Virus record (IMG/VR): IMGVR_UViG_3300012147_000014
Span: 1-63,928 of that record
Length of the DNA stretch: 63,928 nucleotides
Reading direction: 5' to 3' (one strand)
From: a virus
Taxonomy: Duplodnaviria; Caudoviricetes
The position numbers and the translations under genes were made by a program. Positions 38,529-47,964 of the stretch are shown piece after piece. Below the pieces are notes generated by a model, which was given only the letters and a program-made list of their open reading frames with translations, searched no databases and was not told the origin of the DNA. Numbering within the stretch: position 1 is the first letter of the stretch; each line of letters begins with the position of its first letter.

Positions 38529-39665
38529 TTACGCCGTAATCTCTCGCTTGGCAATTTGCCCAAACCGATAGGCTGGCTTGGGCTTCGGAGCAGGTTCAGA
38601 AGGCTCTGGCCGAGGCCTTCCCGCCAGCTCCTCATTCCAGGGTTCTGCTAGTGGCACCCCCATATCTCGGCTGATCCCATCAAATTGCTGCCGAGTGGCT
38701 TCGGCCGTTCGGCCTATGCTGCGTCCGGATCGAGCCGCAGCATCACTCAGACGCCTAAACTCAGAGCTTCGTTCTGCGTATGCGTCATTTGCTAGTAATA
38801 ACCTTCGAGCGCGGTCAATTTCTGCCCAGTCAAAGGGAGCGCCAGTAGCGGATCTGCGTATTGCAGGTGTATCCAAAGCTCTATTAAGAAATCTGCGCAT
38901 ACTTGACTCTTCTCGAACATGCACGTCTTCAGGCGGAACCAGGGCATCGCCAATAAAGGATGCCACTCGCCGAGCATCTGCCCAATCCTGAGCCCTCTCC
39001 TGATGTGACGCTTGGATGTTTGGCGTGATCGTAAAATCTCGAGCGATCCATTTTCTCTCTTCCGAGGTAGTCTCTTGACTAATTCCGCCCCGCACCGTCA
39101 ATTCAACTGAACGGCTGGAGTTGGAATATGCCTGCCGCCAAGTGACTTCTTGAATTTGGCCTCGAAAAAACTGCATCGGTGCATTCGAGTCGACTATAAA
39201 ACAGATTGGCCGTCCGTGAGAGAAAAGCTCGTCCCCCTCGTTTGGGCGCTCAAAATGTAAATGGAAAACTGCCGTGTGGGTCATCCTGGGCATTGGGGGC
39301 GGTATCGCCACATTTGTGCCTCTCCCGGTAGGCGGAGTAAATTCATGGTCGGGGATTCCGTGCATACTGACCAGATGGCCATAAAAGGCACAGTTCCGAG
39401 AGGGCGGATGGTAGCCAGAAGGGCGACCGATCAAAGTAATGCGGGCATTTACCTCTTTTCTATAAGCGTCATCGGAAACTTCTACGCCTTCAATGACTCC
39501 AGTGAAGCACCTTGGTGAATCCCCCGTGCCTGCTCTATACGACACAGTTTCAGTGGTGCCCACCCTGGATTGCAAACTTCGCTCAAACGCTGGATCATTA
39601 TGATCCCACCCAAGGGGGATTCTAAACTCAGCTCTGTGTTGCCCCTGACCTGTTTCGTTTGCCAT
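38529..39665 (-). CDS. hypothetical protein (ends in REITA)
   Basis: 378-aa ORF with two similar F.G.I..V beta segments. Confidence 0.6.
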   Translation of the reverse strand: MANETGQGQHRAEFRIPLGWDHNDPAFERSLQSRVGTTETVSYRAGTGDSPRCFTGVIEGVEVSDDAYRKEVNARITLIGRPSGYHPPSRNCAFYGHLVSMHGIPDHEFTPPTGRGTNVAIPPPMPRMTHTAVFHLHFERPNEGDELFSHGRPICFIVDSNAPMQFFRGQIQEVTWRQAYSNSSRSVELTVRGGISQETTSEERKWIARDFTITPNIQASHQERAQDWADARRVASFIGDALVPPEDVHVREESSMRRFLNRALDTPAIRRSATGAPFDWAEIDRARRLLLANDAYAERSSEFRRLSDAAARSGRSIGRTAEATRQQFDGISRDMGVPLAEPWNEELAGRPRPEPSEPAPKPKPAYRFGQIAKREITA

Positions 39666-39724
39666 GCGATGAATTGAGCATATTTACCTCGCCCGCGCAA
39701 TAACGCGTCGCGCACAAATTTAGC

Positions 39725-40378
39725 CTAAGCGTAAAGGCGCTCGCAGAACTGCTGAAGCGCTTGAAACTCTTGCCTGAGTTGTGCCTGAATAGCGAATTCC
39801 CATGTATCGACCGCACCGTGTTTGGCTTCCATATCTTCCGACCACCGGGTGAGCTTAATAAGAGTTATGGAGTGGGGCTCGGAGCCCCGAGAGTCATGGA
39901 TGTTTCCCTTATTTTCCTTCTCTTTCTGCAGCTCAATTGTAGTCACGACGCGGCCACGCTTGAGGGAGGCGTCCAGTTCGCGAGAAGAGAGGCGGAGGGC
40001 AGTCGCGGTTTCGATCCATTCGCGCCGGCCTTCATTGGTCTTCACCTTAGAGACGATCATGCGGTGCTGCGTGTAATCAAGGTTTTCGTTGCGCAACGAA
40101 ATCGGGAGATTGCGTGCCACGTAGGAAATGTCGGCAAGCGTTTGATAAGTCATTCCAGTGAGTTGCATCCACTCATCGTACTTACTGCCAAACTCGTGCT
40201 CGGCAAAATTGATTAAATCCCCTAAGCAAAACTGAGAAGTTCGGGTCAGTCGACCCACGTGTTCAATCGCTTTCTCGACGAGTTCCAGTGATGGCCGTCC
40301 GGATCCACTAAAGACAACCCCAGTGGGAGTCATTTCTATTCCAGTCGACGGCTCGTAAGGGATAGCTGCAAGTTCCAT
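39725..40378 (-). CDS. LmbU-like transcriptional regulator
   Basis: FCLGD...KY...TGMTYQTL...YVAR..P...R...L...H pattern. Confidence 0.65.
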   Translation of the reverse strand: MELAAIPYEPSTGIEMTPTGVVFSGSGRPSLELVEKAIEHVGRLTRTSQFCLGDLINFAEHEFGSKYDEWMQLTGMTYQTLADISYVARNLPISLRNENLDYTQHRMIVSKVKTNEGRREWIETATALRLSSRELDASLKRGRVVTTIELQKEKENKGNIHDSRGSEPHSITLIKLTRWSEDMEAKHGAVDTWEFAIQAQLRQEFQALQQFCERLYA

Positions 40379-40393
40379 GGTTCAGCCGCAAGG

Positions 40394-41035
40394 TCAACTA
40401 TCGCGCATCTTCAGGCTACGGTTGCGGGCTTTACGGTAGACCTCCCTCATGTTGAGAGAGCGCATAAACTGGCTGGGGCGTAACCCGAGCAACTTAGTTT
40501 GCCTGACGCAGCGCTTCGATATAGCCGCACGAGTCAGTCCGTGCTTACGGGCGATCGAGGCTTCGGTAATGTCGTCGAGTTCGCCTAAACCTGAACTAAT
40601 ACGAAAGCATTCGGCTTCGAGCCGAGAATTAGGTGCAGAGATGATCATGTCCAGAACTTGTCGTAGCGCATACCAGGTTCGCTCGTCGGCAGACAGTTCA
40701 GTAATCGGGTGAGCTGTTTTTGCTCCGCATTCAATTTTCTCGGCGGACTCCATAATCTCTTCGGGGTCGAGTTGACTGTCAGCGATCGGCAACTCTTCTA
40801 CGGAGATCCCGGAGTGGGTTTGATAGTCATCGCCCTTGAAGGCTATTCCTTTTCTTCTGGCTGCCTGCTTCTCATCTTTAGTCAGTCTGTTCCATGCAGC
40901 TCGAGGAACAATGTGCAGGTCGGCGACTTTATACTTGTCGAATTCTCGTTTTGAAAGACCAAGGAGGTGCCGAGCCATTTCTAGGCCCGCTTGTATGTCT
41001 CTCTCGGCTTCTCTGTGGTGTCCTGCTTCTGGCAC
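40394..41035 (-). CDS. HTH DNA-binding protein
   Basis: TEASIARKHGLTRAAISKR. Confidence 0.6.
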   Translation of the reverse strand: MPEAGHHREAERDIQAGLEMARHLLGLSKREFDKYKVADLHIVPRAAWNRLTKDEKQAARRKGIAFKGDDYQTHSGISVEELPIADSQLDPEEIMESAEKIECGAKTAHPITELSADERTWYALRQVLDMIISAPNSRLEAECFRISSGLGELDDITEASIARKHGLTRAAISKRCVRQTKLLGLRPSQFMRSLNMREVYRKARNRSLKMRDS

Positions 41036-41092
41036 GTTGCGCGTAACTTCCAGCGGTTTTATTTGCTTGTCAAGGGGTAGCCGCGCACAAAT

Positions 41093-42958
41093 TTACTCAC
41101 CTACGTGAGGCGGTGCTAAGAGACCTGCAATCATCGATAGCGCGATAATCATGCGAGTGGTTGATCCGTAGTGATCGTCGGGCCGCATCTGGTGCCAATT
41201 GGTCGTCTGTGACCCGAATCGGTCGACCATTTGCACCCGGCGATACGCGGTGAGTTGCAGCTTGTATTCGTGGAGCTCAAAGGGGTCGGCTCCGCGCGGA
41301 TTTTCAGCCGAACGTGGAGACGGCATTAACCACGGGGAAGAGAGTCCGCGCATGAGCAGCTCCTGTCGTTCGAGCATGACAGCTTTCTTAAACAAATAGA
41401 GCTTAATTGGCGCACTCGCCCTGTAGCGACTGGTGCCGACAAAGGGCTCAAGGAAGCTGATCTGGTAAGGGAGTTTTACTCCGTCGACATTATAGTAATC
41501 GCCCTTATCGCCCATCATGGCTTTCCAGTTATAGGAGCCATCATTCATCAGCCCGCTTTCGACGATGTAGGTCGCCACTTCTTCAGGCACGAAGCGAGCA
41601 TCGATCCCGACCTGCGAGGCGGGCACCCGGTTGTCCTCTTGGATACTCCGGAGTTCAGCGGACGACCAAGCTTTACCCCACGCGACGGCTCGGCTTCCTC
41701 CACCCGGCACTACGTCGCGAACCTCCCAGTAAAAGTGGCGGCCTCCCTTGGCCTGCACATCGATCGCCATAAATCGGCGAGGTTTTGTGTGCTTACGCGA
41801 GTCCATATCCCATGCTCGCATTGCTTGCTCGAAGGGTTCCCATGGCGCGCGCGGATCATAGGGCGACTCACGCTGATCAATGAAACCATCATCGTGCTTG
41901 AACTTGAGCCTGTCTTCCCATGCTAATCCAAGGCTCTCCGTCCAGAAAACTTTGAACGGCTGGTGGTCTCCGACCTCTAGCGCCGCGGTACCCTTGATGA
42001 ACTCTTCGACCATTTCAGTCCACTTAGTCCACCACGGAAGTATTGCATTCCAGTTGTAGGAAGTTCGGTGGCTCGGAGATTTGTCGTTGTGCTCGACCCA
42101 TTGGCCTTGTCTTTGCAGCCGCTTGCGATCGGCGGGCGTGTCTTTCCACCGGTGATCACATTCAGGGTTCCAGCAGTCGTAACGCACGGTGCGGAAAACT
42201 TCTTGAAAATCCCAAGTTCCAGAGGGGCAGGTCGTTTCGTTGCGATCCCACTTCATCCCGCCCGAAACATCCTCGCGACCCCACTCGAGAATATGCTCAT
42301 TGCCGCAGTCAGGGCACGTGAGGTAAAACATGTTCTGGTTCCCGCTCAGGTAACCTCGGTGCAAGTGGTCTTGCTCCATGTCGGGTGTCGAGATAATGAC
42401 TCGCTTATAGTTGGGGTAGGAGCGCGTCCGCTTACTAAACATTTCCAACGCCCCCTTGGGCCAGCTCCGGACTTCATCACCGAAGGTGTATCGATACGGT
42501 GTCTGTTGCAGCGTGTTAGCGTTGTTAGCCGATCCAATGACGAGCTGTGCTCCCGGGAAGTAAACTTCGAGAGTGTTCTTCGCGCCGCGCTCTGTCGGCA
42601 AAGCGTCTTTGGCTGGTTGGCATTTTTCAACCATTGGCCAGAGTCGCCCTTTTGCGAATTTCTTGGCTTCCTGTTCGTTCGAGGTCGCCCACAAAGTCGG
42701 GCCCGGATCCATCGCAATCATGAACAAGAGCATCACCATTACGAGCACGGTCTTGCCGCTTTGTGCGCTACACATGCAGTAAATCTCGTGAATCTCAGGG
42801 TCTTGAAAGTCCTCTAGTATCTTACGCAGCCAGCGGGCGTCTTCGCTGTCCCACGGGGTTCCCTGCGGGGTGTTGGGCATCCGGATATACTTCTCCGCCC
42901 ACTCCCATATTACAACTCGGGCTGGAGGGGAAAGTGCGCTTCGCAAACCCGCCTCCAA
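41093..42958 (-). CDS. terminase large subunit (lambda GpA family)
   Basis: SAQSGKT, FGDEV, IISTP, CPDC, AIDVQ, DDHY. Confidence 0.92.
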   Translation of the reverse strand: MEAGLRSALSPPARVVIWEWAEKYIRMPNTPQGTPWDSEDARWLRKILEDFQDPEIHEIYCMCSAQSGKTVLVMVMLLFMIAMDPGPTLWATSNEQEAKKFAKGRLWPMVEKCQPAKDALPTERGAKNTLEVYFPGAQLVIGSANNANTLQQTPYRYTFGDEVRSWPKGALEMFSKRTRSYPNYKRVIISTPDMEQDHLHRGYLSGNQNMFYLTCPDCGNEHILEWGREDVSGGMKWDRNETTCPSGTWDFQEVFRTVRYDCWNPECDHRWKDTPADRKRLQRQGQWVEHNDKSPSHRTSYNWNAILPWWTKWTEMVEEFIKGTAALEVGDHQPFKVFWTESLGLAWEDRLKFKHDDGFIDQRESPYDPRAPWEPFEQAMRAWDMDSRKHTKPRRFMAIDVQAKGGRHFYWEVRDVVPGGGSRAVAWGKAWSSAELRSIQEDNRVPASQVGIDARFVPEEVATYIVESGLMNDGSYNWKAMMGDKGDYYNVDGVKLPYQISFLEPFVGTSRYRASAPIKLYLFKKAVMLERQELLMRGLSSPWLMPSPRSAENPRGADPFELHEYKLQLTAYRRVQMVDRFGSQTTNWHQMRPDDHYGSTTRMIIALSMIAGLLAPPHVGE

Positions 42959-43596
42959 AACTCCCTGCTTGTGCCCAGAGTTTTTTTTTCATCGGGGATC
43001 GAAAGTCCCTCTAGGAGTTCGCGCATCCGCGCATCTAAAATCTTTTCGAGCGCGCCTTGGTCTTGGCCGGCCAGACGCTCGCTATTGCGCTGCGCAAATG
43101 TTAGGCACTCTTGCTTGAGGTCGCCGAACATACCGCCGAGCACTTGGATCACTTCATTGATATTGGCCGAGTCGCCTACGATCCGCTTATACTTCTCTTC
43201 TTTGATTAGCGCATCCATCTCGGCGCCTCGAGCGCGGGCGCTCTTGCCATCCTCCGATGTGTCCTTGAAATCCTTACCTGACGCCTCCATCCATGCTTGC
43301 CATGCGGGCACATTGAATTGCCTTGTCTCATCGCGACCCGGGTTGCCCGTTTCCTTGCTCCAAGTTTGCACGGTTGCTAGATCGCGAGAGAGCCGTATTG
43401 CTAGATTGCGGAAGGTTGGTGCGTGGTCGGCACTAGCGGGAAGCTTGCCGGTTCCTTTGGGGCGTCCGCCTGCGGCCTTCTTGGCCGCCACCTTCTTCGC
43501 GGACTTCTTCGCGGCCTTCTTTACGGTCTTCTTGGCCGCCACCTTCTTCACGGTCTTACTGGCGGGGCGTTTCTGTGCGGGTTTCTTTACGGCCAT
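42910..43596 (-). CDS. terminase small subunit (Nu1-like) with Lys/Ala-rich N-tail
   Basis: LAIRLSRDLATVQTW..GNP HTH; overlaps TerL. Confidence 0.7.
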   Translation of the reverse strand: MAVKKPAQKRPASKTVKKVAAKKTVKKAAKKSAKKVAAKKAAGGRPKGTGKLPASADHAPTFRNLAIRLSRDLATVQTWSKETGNPGRDETRQFNVPAWQAWMEASGKDFKDTSEDGKSARARGAEMDALIKEEKYKRIVGDSANINEVIQVLGGMFGDLKQECLTFAQRNSERLAGQDQGALEKILDARMRELLEGLSIPDEKKTLGTSREFWRRVCEAHFPLQPEL

Positions 43597-43806
43597 CAAT
43601 TTCAGCCAACCGTCAACCTATGGCTATCATTAAAATAATGATAGCCGAGTGCGCTCCTGTGCGATTCCTCCAGCATTTCCGCACAGACGTAGAGCATCAT
43701 TATTTTAATGATGCGGAGGTCTCGACTGAATAAGTCACAGCCCTTACCCTTATTGCGCCGAAGCGTACTATCGGCATAAGTTCAACTACAACCAACCAAG
43801 ACAAAT

Positions 43807-44235
43807 ATGACTGATTCAAATACACCTGAAGGATTCACCCTCGACGAATGGAGAGCCATTCCGCCCGCCCAACGGCTGCACCTCTACCTTTCCGGGGAGA
43901 TGGCCGACGACCCCCCCGAGGGCTTCGACGGCGAGAGCCCTTTCACCGTTGCGCCGTACGCTGGCATGGTGATCGACCCCAAAACCTTGTCGCTAGATTT
44001 GCAGCGGGTAATCCTAGAAGCCAACGCGGTTCTAGCTGGCTCCCCGTGGTCATCTGCGTGGAAGGCTAGCGATCCCGATTGCCCACGGCACTACCGCGCG
44101 CCGGGCGACGGCGGACTAACGATCGGCGAGGTCGACGATTTTTGCAGCGGGGCAGCCACGTGGTATCGCCTGGCGGATGGGCTCGATGTGAATTTGCACT
44201 ACGGGCAAGGAGGGTTCGAGATTGAGGTGATTTAA
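43807..44235 (+). CDS. hypothetical protein
   Basis: first gene of right arm. Confidence 0.55.
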   Translation: MTDSNTPEGFTLDEWRAIPPAQRLHLYLSGEMADDPPEGFDGESPFTVAPYAGMVIDPKTLSLDLQRVILEANAVLAGSPWSSAWKASDPDCPRHYRAPGDGGLTIGEVDDFCSGAATWYRLADGLDVNLHYGQGGFEIEVI

Positions 44236-44460
44236 TTTTGCAACGGGCGGTCTGACTTGGCCGGTTCTAACGTTCAATACTTAGTTATGTATAACTATGT
44301 TTAAAAACGTGTATTTGTTGCGAATAAGTCACTTATACTTGGCGGAATTTCAAATCTAGTCTATTTTAAGCGCCTATGGTTCGTGCTCAAAATTTCAGTT
44401 TTTTAAAGGTTCAAGTCTTGAATCTTTCTGAAAATTTGCGCGAATCTATAAAAGGCAAAT

Positions 44461-45360
44461 ATGAAAAATAACAAAAAAGTAACTAGTTATAGTGAGCGCG
44501 CGCAAATCTCAAAGTCAGTCGTACGCGCGTACAGGCAAATCAAATTCACTCCAGCGCCGGCCTTCAAGGCCTTTGCGCTCGCGGATGAATCGTTCGGAAA
44601 ACTTGCGTTTTCCTCTATTCCTTCGCGCGAATATCAAATGCAGAGCGACGTTGACGCAATCGCCTTTGCGCTAGCCTATCGTGTACAAGCTCATTTTCTC
44701 AAAACTCGTTTAGGCTGGAGTAGTGAACAAGTTCGGACTATGGAGAAAGCGAGCAAGACGAAAGCTGGAGCTTTTTCAGTAAAGGGGAAACGCTTTCTGC
44801 AGAGTCATTTACCTGCCCACAAGTCAGTTTCTCTTTACGATGAAAAGGGTAGGCTTTCAATATCTCCAGACTCTATCGAAGAAGCGGCACTCTCAGCGCG
44901 CGCCGTTCTTATAGCGTGCTGGAGTTTGAGAGATGAAAACGGAAAATTTCCCCTCGAGACTTTGGAAAATGGTAAAGTATTTTGCCCGGCCATTCGTCAA
45001 GCAAACAAAGCGGCGCGAATTGCGTTCAATCGTGAATGTGAAAGCGCTTTGCCTGAGTTTGAAACCGAGTCAATGGGATACTTGCCTGCAGGTCTCACTG
45101 ATTCGCCAGATAGAGAAGCTTTGCGAGTCTATGCGAAATCTATTCGCGAAATTCGCGCGTATTGGAAAGCGAGCGAATCGAGAAAGGCAAAGGCGGGGAA
45201 AAACGCTGATCTTTCACGGTTGCGCGAGATCGCATCTCACTCACTTGGGATTGCGTCAATTCGCCCTATTCAGTCCGCAAGCTACAGAAAAGGCCTGCAG
45301 CGTTTGCGTGAACGTCTCGAGCAAGGTTCAATGATAAGAAGCTTTCAAGTTTCTGAATAA
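44461..45360 (+). CDS. hypothetical, possible divergent sigma-like factor
   Basis: C-terminal LREIA..LG...YRKGLQRLRERL resembles sigma region 4. Confidence 0.4.
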   Translation: MKNNKKVTSYSERAQISKSVVRAYRQIKFTPAPAFKAFALADESFGKLAFSSIPSREYQMQSDVDAIAFALAYRVQAHFLKTRLGWSSEQVRTMEKASKTKAGAFSVKGKRFLQSHLPAHKSVSLYDEKGRLSISPDSIEEAALSARAVLIACWSLRDENGKFPLETLENGKVFCPAIRQANKAARIAFNRECESALPEFETESMGYLPAGLTDSPDREALRVYAKSIREIRAYWKASESRKAKAGKNADLSRLREIASHSLGIASIRPIQSASYRKGLQRLRERLEQGSMIRSFQVSE

Positions 45361-45632
45361 GTCACAAGCTTTACCCTTATATCGAGCCCGCATTCTTATG
45401 AATGCGGGCTCTTTTATGCACGCTTTCTTAGCGCGCAAGGGAAGGCAGTTTCTGAATAAGTCACAAGCTTTACCCTTATATTGGGCAATGAAGTGAAAGC
45501 ACTTGATAGCCCACTGGCAAGCGCCAGCTCCGATGCGAGCTAGGCCGCCAAGGTTTTTTGAATCTATCATTAAAATAATGATAGATTCAAGGCAAGCCAC
45601 TGACTGAATAAGTCACAAGCTTTACCCTTATA
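45348..45632 (+). repeat. CTGAATAAGTCACAAGCTTTACCCTTATA direct repeats
   Basis: 45348-45382 and 45447-45481 identical (35 nt), third copy 45604-45632; variants at 43724-43753 and 44322-44337. Confidence 0.85.
45384..45415 (+). terminator. intrinsic terminator
   Basis: GAGCCCGCATTC-TTAT-GAATGCGGGCTC-TTTT. Confidence 0.7.
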
Positions 45633-45688
45633 CTGAGCAATGGTTCAAACGGTTTGAATCATTCAAAATAACAAGACAAAGGAAAATT

Positions 45689-46564
45689 ATGTCGAATAAA
45701 CTAATATCCGTAGAAGAGCTTAGCTCCGGAACCCGCAAAGAAATCGTCTCGACTGCCGTTACGGCATTTGAGACTGGCCGCAAGGCCTATGTTGTCGCCG
45801 GCAAGGCGTGTGTAGCCCTGGCTTCCGTTTTGCGCGGAAAAGAGACTGTTTATGGCTTGCTTGAAAAAGCAGGACTTTCCAAGTCTCAAATCGCCAACGG
45901 CCGTCAAATAGCGATGGTCTACGAGACCTACGTCGCGACCGGAAAAATGACTGAGGTGGAGTTTGATAATTCCATCAATTACGGTCTCGCCGTGTCGTTG
46001 AACAAGCTCACGGCGAAAAACGCGACCATGGCGGAAGCCTACCTAGGCGAGCCCGAAGAGTGGAAGTCGCTCGCCGATACGGGAATGACAACCCAAGCGC
46101 ACAGCGATTTCCTCGTATCAGAAGCCAAAGCTAAGGCTGAGACCGATGCAAAGATCCATGCCGCGAAAGTTAAAGCGGAAGCTGAGAAGCTGAACGCTGA
46201 GGCTGAACCCGAAGCCGAAGCCGAAGCGGAAGTCGCGGTCGAGGCCGAAGCGGAGGCCGAAGCGGAAGCCGAAGCGGAAGCCGAAGCGGAGGTCGCGGTC
46301 GAGGCGGAAGCGGAAACGGAAGTCGAACCCGAAACGAAAGCAAAGGCCACAAAGCCGGACACTGCTCCAGTTCCAATGCCGAAACTCCCCATGCTTCGCA
46401 ATTCCCTCAACAAGCTTGAGGCACTCGCGACCGAAATCGCGATGGAGCAGCCCGGTCACGCGAATGAGGCCCTTGCCCTAGTCGACCAGTACCTCACGGC
46501 GATCAAGTCTACACTCGAAGTGGTCGCGACTAGCGAAGCTCAGCTCGAAAGTGTAAACTTCTAA
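45689..46564 (+). CDS. hypothetical protein with Glu-Ala repeat linker
   Basis: (EA)n tract at ~46195-46333; AAAGGAAAATT before ATG. Confidence 0.7.
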   Translation: MSNKLISVEELSSGTRKEIVSTAVTAFETGRKAYVVAGKACVALASVLRGKETVYGLLEKAGLSKSQIANGRQIAMVYETYVATGKMTEVEFDNSINYGLAVSLNKLTAKNATMAEAYLGEPEEWKSLADTGMTTQAHSDFLVSEAKAKAETDAKIHAAKVKAEAEKLNAEAEPEAEAEAEVAVEAEAEAEAEAEAEAEAEVAVEAEAETEVEPETKAKATKPDTAPVPMPKLPMLRNSLNKLEALATEIAMEQPGHANEALALVDQYLTAIKSTLEVVATSEAQLESVNF

Positions 46565-46582
46565 GCCGAGCAAGATTCAACC

Positions 46583-46614
46583 AGCCCGCACCTTCACCGG
46601 TGCGGGCTTTTTTT
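46583..46614 (+). terminator. intrinsic terminator
   Basis: AGCCCGCACC/GGTGCGGGCT followed by T-tract. Confidence 0.8.
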
Positions 46615-46757
46615 GTATTCAATTGGAGAGCCGTTGCATTTCTGAGCCGCTGCGACTTGTCCTCGGTATCCGCTGTCGCGGGTGCCCCAAACGATCGCTC
46701 AAACCCTGCTATCATTATTCTAATGATAGCTCACATAAACAAAACGAAAGGCAAATT

Positions 46758-46940
46758 ATGAATGTATCTATTAAAGGTAAAAAGATCATTATCGAGGCTG
46801 ATGTCACTGAAATCCCGCAACTCAGCAAGTCTGGGAAAACGCGCATCGTTGCGTCCAGCGGTGGCAACATTACCACTCAGGTCTTAGTCGATGGCAAGCC
46901 CGTGACCGTAGGTTTCAATGCCTACATCAAGGCTACATAG
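46758..46940 (+). CDS. small protein (SKSGKT..VAS.GG type)
   Basis: AAAGGCAAATT before ATG; 60 aa. Confidence 0.65.
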   Translation: MNVSIKGKKIIIEADVTEIPQLSKSGKTRIVASSGGNITTQVLVDGKPVTVGFNAYIKAT

Positions 46941-46954
46941 GCCACCTATTTCTA

Positions 46955-47225
46955 GCTCCCGTCGTACGGCAGGAGCCGCAACGGAGGACGCTTCGCGAGA
47001 AGCCAGTCTGTCTGCTCATTAACCATCAACCGAGTAGCGAAGCTCTGTAGTCTGAGTCCGGAAGAATCCCGTGGAACCTGCTGCCATGTGGTAGTCAGGT
47101 GAATGCCGTGGCCTAGCTTCCTTTCAGCACAACTTCGCTACTCACTCACTTTCACGCACAGGCAATGGGCGAAATGGCCGGAGGATAATAGCCCTCCTTG
47201 AGACTCGCCGCCTCTCTGTGCGTAT
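46955..47225 (+). ncRNA. putative structured non-coding element
   Basis: GAGTAGCGAAG/CTTCGCTACTC (47032/47143), ACGCACAG/CTGTGCGT and nested hairpins; no ORF in track. Confidence 0.45.
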
Positions 47226-47296
47226 ATCTCACGCTCATGCTTCTATCATTATTTTAATGATGGGGCGCACTAAGCAAAACCAACGAAAGGCAAATC

Positions 47297-47485
47297 ATGA
47301 ATGTTCTACCATATTTAAAAGTAATCTGGGTCGCCGGTGGCGTGACCTTTTTTCCGCTCAACTTCTGGAGCGTTGCTGAAGTCGAAGACAGTATCAACCC
47401 CGACGATGTGGCGGAAGTTCAATACGTCAAGATGGGCGCAGTCGAAGTGGATATTGAAAACGAAATGTCGGGGGAGGACGCTTAG
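47297..47485 (+). CDS. small acidic protein
   Basis: AAAGGCAAATC before ATG. Confidence 0.55.
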   Translation: MNVLPYLKVIWVAGGVTFFPLNFWSVAEVEDSINPDDVAEVQYVKMGAVEVDIENEMSGEDA

Positions 47486-47487
47486 CC

Positions 47488-47868
47488 ATGAGCAACAAAT
47501 ACTCAATCATACACGACAACGTGCTGCTCGACCCGAAAAAGGTAGAGAAGCTTTTCTCTGAAGTGAGCAACCCGCGCGACTACATGGCCGGGCTGCTTAC
47601 GATGGTCTTCCCCGATCTGGAAAAGATCGCCCGCATCGAAGACTATCCGCACGTAAACACTAAGACCACGCAGTGGCTCTTCCGTCTCTGCGTCGAGGCC
47701 GACAAGCGAATCCAAAACGAAGTGTTGAAGCTTCCGTGGCTCTCATCCGAGCGATGGATGGAGGGCGGCTACTGGCTTAACAATGGGTTCTCTACCGACA
47801 ACACCCTCGACGATTATGTCGTGAGCCCGTGCGCCGTCACCTACAAACACTCGGAGGCCGTCGCCTAA
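47488..47868 (+). CDS. hypothetical protein
   Basis: ORF in operon. Confidence 0.55.
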   Translation: MSNKYSIIHDNVLLDPKKVEKLFSEVSNPRDYMAGLLTMVFPDLEKIARIEDYPHVNTKTTQWLFRLCVEADKRIQNEVLKLPWLSSERWMEGGYWLNNGFSTDNTLDDYVVSPCAVTYKHSEAVA

Positions 47869-47964
47869 TGGGCTACGTCCCTACTCCCTTTGAGGCCGTC
47901 GCTTGGGTGGTCTTCCTAATGCCCGCTGCGCTCGCGGGCTTCTTCTTCATCCGTGCAACTTTTT

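Noticed and set aside
42068-43633. Long antisense ORFs over terminase genes (and similar ones elsewhere)
   Set aside because: Shadow ORFs of well-supported genes in GC-rich DNA.
45348-45632. CRISPR array
   Set aside because: Spacers are unequal and long, containing a terminator and a palindrome; no cas genes; other copies are dispersed.
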